DNA from: Macrostomum lignano
Lineage: Eukaryota
Reading direction: 5' to 3'
DNA: 64,000 nucleotides
Assembly (NCBI GenBank): GCA_002269645.1
Contig: NIVC01002089.1
Span: 62,001-126,000, forward strand
The notes beneath the pieces were generated by a model. That model made no database searches and was not told the DNA's origin. It was given only the letters and a program-made list of their open reading frames with translations. Positions 24,279 to 34,790 of this stretch are shown in pieces (the stretch's first letter is position 1; the number at the start of each line of letters is the position of its first letter). A program made the position numbers and the translations under genes.

Positions 24279-27200
24279 TCCTATATACTAAAAATGAGTT
24301 GTCTGTATGTGGGTAGGTATGCGATAGATTTCAGAAAAAATGGCTCAACCGATTTTCTTCAAACTTGCACCATTTGATCAGAAATTTTCCTGGGACGGTA
24401 CATGCATCTTAGCTAAGAAATTTATCAATTTTAAAGGGATTAAATATTCGAAAAACATGCTTTTTTGCAAAGGTCAAGCCAAATTTTCGACTTGAAATGC
24501 ATTGTAAGAATGCTAGAGAAAAAACTGACTGACTGAATTCCTATTCTGATAAAGATTGCATCACAACAAGTTGAAAACAGTGCCGAAAAAATGCACACAC
24601 GACATGATTTAAATTGCGTAACCATATTGCTAACTTAAATTGAGACTGATACTGGCTGACTGAGAAATTGATTATGTCATAACTTTTTACTCCAATTGAC
24701 TTGCTGAAAGAATTGAATTATAAGGGCCACAATTCATGTTCTCCAATTAAAAAGAGATAGCCCTGATGCAAACAGACTAGAATGCTAATGTAGCGACCTG
24801 GGTTCGAATCTTAGTAGTGCAAAAAGATTTTTTTTATTAAAACACCTTAAAAACACAACAAAACTGCTAAACATCAAAGAAGCGCAATGTCAAACATAGA
24901 AGAGCCAACATATCGAACATAAAAGAGTTACCATGTCAAACATAGAAGAGCCACCATGTCAAACATAAAAGACCCACCATGTCAAACATAAAAGACCCAC
25001 TATGTCAAACATAAAAGAGCCACCATTTCCAACATTAAAGAGCCACCATTTCGAACATTAAAGAGCCACCATTTTGAACATTAAAGAGCCACTATGTCAA
25101 ACAATTAGGAGCCAACATGTCAAACATTAAAGAGCCACCATGTCGAACATAAAAGAGCCACCATTTTGAACATTAAAGAGCCACCATGTCGAACATTAAA
25201 GAGCCACCATGTCGAACATTAAAGAGCCAACATGTCAGACATAAAAAAGCCACCGTATCAAACATAAGAGTTACCATGTAGAACAAAAAAGATCCACCAT
25301 GTTGAACATTCAAGAGGCACCATGTCAAACATATATGTGACTTTAAGTCAAACATTAAAGAGCCAACATGTCAGACATAAAAAAGCCACCGTATCAAACA
25401 TAAGAGTTACCATGTAGAACAAAAAAGATCCACCATGTTGAACATTCAAGAGGCACCATGTCAAACATATATGTGACTTTATGTCAAACATTAAAGAGCC
25501 ACCATTTCGAACATTTAAGAGCCACCATGTCGAACATAAAAGAGCCACCATGTCAAACATTTAAGAGCCACCATGTCAAACATTTAAGAGCCACCATGTC
25601 AAACATTTAAGAGCCACCATGTCAAACATTTAAGAGCCACCATGTCAAACATATATGTGACTTTATGTCAAACATTAAAGAGCCACCATTTCGAACATTT
25701 AAGAGCCACCATTTCGAAAATTTAAGAGCCACCATGTCGAACATAAAAGAGCCACCATGTCAAACATTTAAGAGCCACCATGTCAAACATTTAAGAGCCA
25801 CCATGTCAAACATTTAAGAGCCACCATGTCAAACATTTAAGAGCCACCATGTCAAACATTTAAGAGCCACCATGTCAAACATATATGTGACTTTATGTCA
25901 AACATTTAAATGTTTGACATGGTGGCTCTTTAATGTTTCACATGGTGGCTCTTTAATGTTTAACATGGTGGCTCTTTAATGTTCTTCATGATGTAGCTCT
26001 TTTATGTTACACATAGTGGCACTTTAACGTTCGACATGGTGGCTCTTTAATGTTTGACATAAAGTCACATATATGTTTGACATGGTGGCTCTTAAATGTT
26101 TGACATGGTGGCTCTTAAATGTTTGACATGCTGGCTCTTTTATGTTTGACATCGTGGCTCTTTAATGTTCTTCATGGTATAGCTCTTTTATGGTAGACAT
26201 AGTGGCTCTTTAATGTTTGACAATGTGGCTCTTTAATGTTTGACATGGTGGCTCTTTTATGTCTTACTTGGTAGCATTTTTATGTTTGAAATGGTGGCTC
26301 TTTTATGTTTGATATGGTGCCTCTTTTCTGTTTAATGTTTAATGTTTGACATGGTGGCTCGTTTGACATGGTGGCTCTTTAAGATTCAAACATAAAAGAG
26401 ACACCATGTCAAACATAGAAGAGCCACCGTGTCAACATAGAAGAGACACCATGTAAAAAATAGAAGAGCCACCATGTCAAACATTAAAGAGCCACCATTT
26501 CAAACATAAAAGAGCCACCGTTTCAAACATAAAATGAAGTGTCATGCCAAACAAAATGGAGCCACTATAAAGCTATGGAAATTTTTGCACTAGCTACTTG
26601 TTCTCTGGTGGATGCTTGCTATTTAAGGATAGATACTTGCTATCAGGTGGATGCTTGCTTTCTGAGGGATGCTTGCTATTCGAGGGATGCTTGCTACTGG
26701 GGTTACCTGCTATTGGGAGATGCTTGCTATTGGGGGGTGGAGGGTACTTGCTATCTGAGAGCGGGTTGCTAGATATCTATATGGTCTCTTTTTATCCAGG
26801 TTATGCTTGCTATCTTGGGTTGCTTGCGGTCTAGAGGATGCTTGCTATCTGGGGGATGCTTGCTATTCGGGGGGATGCTTGCTATTCGGGGGATGCTTGC
26901 TATCTGGGGATGCTTGCTATCTGGGGGATGCTTGCTATCTGGGGATGCTTGCTATCTGGGGGATGCTTGCCATCTGGGGGATGCTTGCTATCTGGGGGAT
27001 GCTTGCCATCTGGGGGATGCTTGCTATCTGGGGTCTGGGGGATGTCTGCTATCTGGGGTCTGGGATGCTTGCTATCTGAGGGATGCTTGCTATCTGGGTT
27101 GCTTGCTATCTGGGGGATGCTTGCAGTCTGGGGATGCTTGCAGTCTGGGGGATGCTTGCAGTCTGGGGGATGCTTGCTATTTGGGGATCAATGCTTGAAT

Positions 27201-27835
27201 GCTCTCTGGGGATGCTTGCTGTCTTGGGATGTTTTGCTTTTAGAGGGAATGTCTGTTGTTTTTCGAACATAAAAGAGCCACCATGTAGAATATTAAAGAG
27301 CAACCATGTCAAACATTTAAGAGCCACCATTTCAAACATAAAAGAGCCACCATGTCAAACAATAAAGAGCCACCATTTCGAACATAAAAGATGCACAATT
27401 TCAAACGTAAAAGTAAGCGAATTTTAAAGGAGCCACTATAATGCTAAGGAAATTGTCGCACTAGCTACATATTGTCTGGTGGATGCTTGCTATTTGGGGA
27501 TGCTATCTATCTGGGGGATGCTTGCTATCTGGAGGATGCTTGCTATCTGGGGGATGCTTGCTATCTGGGGGATGCTTACTATTTGGGGGATGCTTGCTAT
27601 CTGGGGGATGCTTGCTATTTGGGGATGCTATCTATCTGGGGGATGCTTACTATTTGGGGGATGCTTGGTATCTGGGGGATGCTTGTCGTCTTGGGATGAT
27701 TTCGTTTTGCATTGCACTTCATTTGAGTATTTTGTCTGTTTTCTTTGTGAAGGCTTTATTTGGCTATCTTTTTGTTACTGGTAGAGAACAGAGATTCTAT
27801 ACAGATGACCCCCAACGGGGGGCGAAGATTGCTAG
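24279..27835 (+). mobile_element. Non-autonomous Helitron, copy 3 (internal inversion, chimeric 3' half)
   Basis: Same termini; satellite inverted at 25908-26381; two successive 17-bp-satellite tails. Confidence 0.85.
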
Positions 27836-30800
27836 TCCTATATACTAAAAATGGTCTGTCTGTGTCTATGTGATCGATTAGAGAAAAAATGGCTGGACCG
27901 ATTTTTTTCAAACTTGCACTGTTCGATCAGAAATTTTCCCGTGACTGTACATGCATCGTGGCTAAGAAATTGTTCGATGCTAAAGGCATTAAATATTCGA
28001 AAAACATGCTTTTTTGCAAAGGTCAAGCAAACTTTTCGACTTGAAATGCATTGTAAGAATGCTAGAGAAAAAACTGACTGGTTGAATTCTGATTCTGAAA
28101 TAGATTGCATCATAACTGAATTGTAACTCCGACTTGAATTGAAAATGCAGTGTGGAAGCGTAGCACCAGACTTGATTTAAATTGCGTAACCATATTGTTA
28201 ACTGATACTGACTGACTGAGAAACTGATTATGTCATAACTGCTTCGTGTGATTTACTCTATGCTTGGATTTTAGAGTGTTGAATTATATAAGTGCAAAAT
28301 TTGATGTTATCAAAATGATGAGAGCTAGCCTAGAGGTGAACAAACTGAACTGCTAAATGCAGCGACGATGGTTCGAATTTTCATAGTGTATAATTTTTTT
28401 AATTAAAGCTTTTCAACGTCAGGAAAACTAAAAGACTTTTTAAAAAGAATCGTCATGAAAAAATCATAGAAGCGTCATGTAAAAAAATCATAGAAGCGTC
28501 ATGTAAACAATCATAGAAGCGTCATTTAAAAAATCATAGAAGCGTCATTTAAAAAATCGTAGAAGCGTCATGTAAACAATCATAGAAGCGTCATGTAAAA
28601 AATCATAGAAGCGTCATATAAACAATCATAGAAGCGTCATTTAAAAAATCATAGAAGCGTCATGTAAACAATCATAGAAGCGTCATTTAAAAAATCATAG
28701 AAGCGTCATGTAAACAATCATAGAAGCGTCATGTAAAAAATCATAGAAGCGTCATGTAAACAATCATAGAAGCGTCATTTAAACAATCATAGAAGCGTCA
28801 TTAAAAAATAATAGAAGCGTCATTTAAAAAATCATAAAAGCGTCATTTAAAAATCATAGAAGCGTCATATAAAAATCGTAGAAGCGTCATGTAAACAATC
28901 ATAGAAGCGTCATGTAAAAAATCATAGAAGCGTCATATAAAAATCATAGAAGCGTCATTCAAAAAATCATAGAAGCGTCATGTAAACAATCATAGAAGCG
29001 TCATGTAAACAATCATAGAAGCGTCATGTAAACAATCATAAAAGCGTCATGTAAACAATCATAGAAGCGTCATGTAAACAATCATAGAAGCGTCATTTAA
29101 ACAATCATAGAAGCGTCATGTAAACAATCATAGAAGCGTCATTTAAACAATCATAGAAGCGTCATTAAAAAATAATAGAAGCGTCATTTAAAAAATCATA
29201 GAAGAGTCATGTAAAAAATCATAGAAGCGTCATGTAAACAATCATAGAAGTGTCATGTAAAAAATCATAGAAGCGTCATTTAAAAAATCATAGAAGCGTC
29301 ATGTAAACAATCATAGAAGCGTCATGTAAACAATTATAGAAGCGTCATGTAAACAATCATAGAAGCGTCATGTAAACAATCATAGAAGCGTCATGTAAAC
29401 AATCATAGAAGCGTCATGTAAACAATCATAGAAGCGTCATGTAAACAATCATAGAAGCGTCATGTAAACAATCATAGAAGCGTCATGTAAACAATCATAG
29501 AAGCGTCATGTAAACAATCATAGAAGCGTCATGTAAAAAATCATAGAAGCGTCATGTAAAAAATCATAGAAGCGTCATTAAAAAATCATTGAAGCGCCAT
29601 TTAAAAAATCATAGAAGCGTCATATAAAAATCGTAGAAGCGTCATGTAAACAATCATAGAAGCGTCATGTAAAAAATCATAGAAGCGTCATATAAAAATC
29701 ATAGAAGCGTCATTCAAAAAATCATAGAAGCGTCATGTAAACAATCATAGAAGCGTCATGTAAAAAATCGTAGAAGCGTCATGTAAAAAATCTTAGAAGC
29801 GTCATGTAAACAATCATAGAAGCGTCATGTAAACAATCATAGAAGCGTCATGTAAACAATCATAAAAGCGTCTTGTAAACAATCATAGAAGCGTCATGTA
29901 AACAATCATAGAAGCGTCATTTAAACAATCATAGAAGCGTCATTAAAAAATAATAGAAGCGTCATTTAAAAAATCATAGAAGAGTCATGTAAAAAATCAT
30001 AGAAGCGTCATGTAAACAATCATAGAAGCGTCATATAAAAATCATAGAAGCGTCATGTAAAAAATCATAGAAGCGTCATGTAAACAATCATAGAAGCGTC
30101 ATGTAAACAATTATAGAAGCGTCATGTAAACAATCATAGAAGCGTCATGTAAACAATCATAGAAGCGTCATGTAAACAATCATAGAAGCGTCATGTAAAC
30201 AATCATAGAAGCGTCATGTAAACAATCATAGAAGCGTCATGTAAACAATCATAGAAGCGTCATGTAAACAATCATAGAAGCGTCATGTAAACAATCATAG
30301 AAGCGTCATGTAAAAAATCATAGAAGCGTCATGTAAAAAATCATAGAAGCGTCATTAAAAAATCATTGAAGCGCCATTTAAAAAATCATAGAAGCGTCAT
30401 ATAAAAATCGTAGAAGCGTCATGTAAACAATCATAGAAGCGTCATGTAAACAATCATAGAAGCGTCATGTAAACAATCATAGAAGCGCCATGTAAAAAAT
30501 CATAGAAGCGTCATGTAAACAATCATAGAAGTGTCATGTAAAAAATCGTAGAAGCGTCATGTAAACAATCATAGAAGCGTCATGTAAACAATCATAGAAG
30601 CGTCATGTAAACAATCATAGAAGCGTCATATAAAAATCATAGAAGCGTCATGTAAAAATCATAGAAGCGTCAAGAAAAAATCATAGAAGCCTCATTTAAA
30701 AACTAATGAAAGTGTCATTTAAAAAATTAAGAAGCGTCACGGTAGAATAAAAAAACGTCATGTCAGACATGAAGGGTTCATGTAAAAATTAAATGCAATT

Positions 30801-31833
30801 ATAATGCTGTGCTGGGGAGAAAAACTGAGACGTAAAGGCTCTCAGAGAATAACTGAGATTACGGGGGGGGGTTTCTGAGATGTCAAAGCAAAAGTCAGAA
30901 GCTACTTCAAAGTTCATGTCACGGGGGGGGGCGCTGATAGAAGAAGAGTCATGTAAAAAATAAAAGTAGCACTATGTATACATAAAATAAAAGTCATGTC
31001 GAAGTTGAAAGATTCATTTGGGAATTGCTACGATGTCAAAGCTTGGTGGAAATCGTTATAGTGCTGTTATTCTTAAAGAAGGAATCACTAAAATGTCAAG
31101 GCTTAGGGGAGAAGAATTGCTGAGATTTCAAGGCTTTAGGTTGGGTTAAAGTTAGGTTTAGGTCAGGTGTGGGTTGAGGGTTATATTTTATCGGGTTTCA
31201 AGGTTAACAGGGGATTTTTTAGATTTCAAGGTTTATGGGGCCATTGCTGACATGTCAAGGCTTACGGGGGGAATAGCTGAGATGTCAAGGCTCACGGGGG
31301 TATAAATGAGATTTCAAGGCTAAAGTCAGAAGCTACATGTAGTTTATTGAAAACTTTTTATTACATTATTTGATGCCTCCTCAGGGGAGGGATCGCTGAT
31401 AAAAAAGCGTAATGTAAAAAATAAAATAAGCTTCATGTCGAAGTTAAGAGATTCATTTGGGAATCCCTACGATGTTGAGGCTTGCAGGGAATCGCTATAA
31501 TGCTGTAGTAGTGCTATAATGACTCTTAGAGAGAATTACTGAAATTTCAATGCTTTAGGGTTAGGTTAGGGTTAGGGTTAGGGTTAGGGTTAGGCTAGGG
31601 TTAGGGTTAGAAGGTTGACAGATATTTTTAGATTTCCAAGGCTTATTGGGGGCATTGCTGAGATGTCAAGGGGGGAAGTTGATATGTTAAAGCTTGTGGG
31701 GGGGGATAACTGACATGTCAAGGCTTACAAGGTTTGACAGAAGATTTTTTAGGATTTCAAGGATACATGTAGCTTATTAAAAAAACGTGTATTGCATTTC
31801 TTTGGCTCCCCAACGGGGGGCGTAGATTGCTAG
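27836..31833 (+). mobile_element. Non-autonomous Helitron, copy 4 (most diverged; different internal satellite)
   Basis: TCCTATATACTAAAAATG start; ends CCCCAACGGGGGG-CGTAGATTG-CTAG|T. Internal 23-bp satellite AATCATAGAAGCGTCATGTAAAC (~28450-30730). Confidence 0.82.
31555..31610 (+). repeat. Interstitial telomere-like (TTAGGG)n, ~9 units, inside Helitron copy 4
   Basis: Direct reading; degenerate homolog at ~31134-31175. Confidence 0.85.
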
Positions 31834-32018
31834 TTTGAACTAATTCTTTAACACAACTCTGAGGATTTCAGGCTATTGACACAAGATGCCAATGGGGCCG
31901 ATATGCCAATTTTAGCAATCCTGTCATCAATTTTGGCACGCCTGCTATCGCGCCATCCATTTTGGCACTCCATTTTGTTTACTCCAAAAATAATAATTTT
32001 GAACCTGCTCCAACGCAG

Positions 32019-33273
32019 GATCGCCCTACACTGACCTGCTCACTCAGAAGATTCTGGAGTTCAGAGATCGGCAAATTTTAGAGCGGCTGAAGCTGTACTA
32101 TTGGGCAGTTGATCGTAGCGCCGTGGACTATTTGATTGACTTTGGTCGCACTGGAAAGTCACGTGATAAATCAAATAATAGCCGAAAATGCGCCTTAAAT
32201 GAAAGGGTGAGTTTCTGCCCGGTTAAACTCGCCGGCCAATCGGCAGAGAGAAGAAGACAGAATAGGACAGGGGACAGGGGAGGAGGGTGCACTCGTAAGC
32301 CAATCAGCGAAGAGGAGAGGACAGAAAATCTAAAGAGAGGGTGGACTCGTCAGCCAATCAACGAAGAGGAGAGGACAGAATATAGGAAAGAGAGGGTGGT
32401 CTCGTCAGCCAATCAACGAAGAGGAGAGGACAGAAAATCTAAAGAGAGGGTGGACTCGTCAGCCAATCAACAAAGAGGAGAGGACAGAATATAGGAAAAA
32501 GAGGGTGGACTCGTCAGCCAATCAACAAAGAGGAGAGGACAGAATATAGGAAAAAGAGGGTGGACTCGTCAGTCAATTGAAGAAGCGAAGAGGGCATAAT
32601 AGATACGAGCTAGGATAGAGAGGAGAGGGTGAACTCGTCAGCCAATCAACAAAGAGTATAGTGCCGCTATGCTAAAAATGGTCATCAAAAAATTTTGCTT
32701 TTAAAATCATCAGACTTGCAGACGCAAGCAAGCAAGTAACAGTTGGCCGAACAAAAGAAAACGTTCTAAACGACGCTGTCCCCTTCGTAACAAGCCGTCG
32801 CGCTATAGCGAACTAACATTGGATCACGTGATGGGCACGTTTGTACTTTTGGCCGCCGCCATGCTGCTGGGGCCAATCGCCACCGTTGCAGAAATTATCT
32901 GGCACTGCTGCTTTAAAGCAGACTCGCTTAAAACAAAGGTTAGCAAGATTCTACGCTGCAGTTTTTCTTGGAGGATTGATATAGATAGATATGCGTCTAT
33001 TTTTGCATGTCATTCGAACTTTTAACGCGAGACAAAATTTTACCGAAATAACAGGACCAACGGCGGGGCTCGCGGTGCTCTCGGCTGTGCAGGGTCAACG
33101 CCAGACATGTTTCGAAACATAAAGCCAGGCATCACAGCGGCGCCGATCAAAGACTGGAGACGGAGCCGCAAATCTATACGGTCGGAGGCTCAGCGGAACA
33201 GCGGCTGCGATCAGCCCAGATGCGGGGGATGAGACAGCACTGGCGGAGTCGGCGGAATGAAGCCTGGGACTGA
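32019..33273 (+). CDS. Second iGluR 3' module (end of S2, M4, C-tail); putative alternative 3' exons of the 598-11720 gene
   Basis: Exons 32019-32206 (phase 1, (G)SPYTDLLTQKILEFRDRQILERLKLYYW...KCALNER|GTGAGT), 32714-32938 (...LTLDHVMGTFVLLAAAMLLGPIATVAEIIWHCC...KTK|GTTAGC) and 33055-33273 (DQRRG...RRNEAWD*). All have AG/GT boundaries and open frames, and are paralogous to exons 9764-10032 and 11310-11720. Confidence 0.75.
32283..32655. repeat. 54/55-bp tandem repeat carrying CGTCA-GCCAATCA motifs
   Basis: CCAAT at 32300, 32354, 32409, 32463, 32518 and 32642 (variant at ~32573). Confidence 0.9.
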
Positions 33274-33286
33274 TCGAGAGGATTGC

Positions 33287-33700
33287 TAGACTGGCGCACC
33301 AGTGTAGGATTAGCACGGATTGCTAGACTGGCCAATCGGTGTAGGATTAGACTGGATTGCTAGACTGGCCATTCGGTGTAGTATTAGAATGGATTGCTAG
33401 TCTGGCCAATCGGTGTAGGATTAGAATGGATTGCTAGACTGGCCCATCGGTGTAGGATTAGAATGGATTGCTAGACTGGCCAATCGGTGTAGGATTAGAA
33501 TGGATTGCTAGACTGGCCCATCGGTGTAGGATTAGAATTGATTGCTAGACTGGCCCATCGGTGTAGGATTAGAATGGATTGCTAGACTGGCCAATCGGTG
33601 AATGATTAGACTGGATTGCTAGACTGGCCAATCGGTGTGGATTAGAATGGATTGCTAGACTGGCCAATCGGTGTGGATTAGAATGGATTGCTAGACTGAC
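33287..33700. repeat. 37-bp minisatellite GGATTGCTAGACTGGCCAATCGGTGTAGGATTAGAAT
   Basis: Direct reading; starts just after stop 33273. Confidence 0.93.
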
Positions 33701-34334
33701 CTGTTAATGTAATTTGAATAATGCGCACACTGAAAACATGAAACAAATGCTGTGTACGTAAGCAAAAATACAAAAAATGATAAAAATTTATAAATGTATA
33801 AACAGCTGTCAAAGGCATATCATATTTTGTGCATCTGAAAGTCATTTTTATCGATGTTTTACCTACATAGAGATTAGTTGATAAGCCCCTCCTATCTCCG
33901 TTCCAAATCCAGTGCAGAAAATTCCCCTGGGCAAGAATGCAGCGAGTTTTGCTCATCATCTGTTTGCTGGAGTCTGGATCAGGTCTGAGAGCGGGCCCTG
34001 TGACTGACAGCTCGCCGCAGTTCGGGAACACGAAGGCGCGCCCTATGGGGGTGGCCAGTGACCGTTTATCTTCTGAGCCCCTGAGCCGCGCGAGCAAATC
34101 CCCCTAACCTCCCCCTGACCCAGAGGGGGCTGTAGGTGTGAAATTAGCGAAAATCGGCTTCCTTTGAGGAAAGCTCTCTTTGGCTTTAATCCTCGTAGAT
34201 TTGATAGATCGAATGTCGCTGACTGCCCGATCCCTTGTCCTAGGGTTGCCTGTGCTCCCGGTGTGCTGTCCGAAATTCAGTGCATCATCACCGCCTGATG
34301 CTGGGCTCTTCTGCCACTACTCAGTCCCTTCTTC

Positions 34335-34790
34335 ATCTATCTTCCCTGTATCTCCAATCTCCCATTCCCTTCCCCCATTTCCCCTAAACTATCTCCCCTC
34401 TCCCATCTCCCCTCTGCCCTCTCCCACCCCCCTCTCCCATCTCCCCTCTGCCCTCTCCCATCTCCCCTCTCCCCTCTTCCCCCTCCCCTCTCCCATCTCC
34501 CCTCTCCCATCTCTAATCTCCATCTCCCCTCTCTTCTCTCCCCTCTCTCATCTCCCGTCTCCCATCTCCCCTCTCCTACCTCACCTCTTCCCCCTCCCCT
34601 CTCCCATCTCCCCTCTCCCATCTCTAATCTCCCAGCTTCCCTCTCCCTTATCCCCTCTCTCTCTCCCTTCTCCCATCTCCCATCACCCCTCTCCCATCTC
34701 TCTTATCCCCTCTCCCCTCTCCCATCTCTAATCTCCCATCTTCCCTCTCCCCTCCCCTCTCCCATCTCCCTTCTCCGGTCCCCTAACCCC
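34335..34790. repeat. C/T-rich low-complexity repeat
   Basis: CCCTCTCCCATCT-type units. Confidence 0.85.

Noticed and set aside
17100-30730. CRISPR array or prokaryotic system
   Set aside because: Repeats are contiguous with no unique spacers, no cas genes are present, and the context is spliceosomal eukaryotic.
33937-34107. 56-aa ORF with signal-peptide-like start (MQRVLLIICLL...) as a neuropeptide precursor
   Set aside because: Short hydrophobic core, no dibasic-flanked amidated peptide and no splice support.
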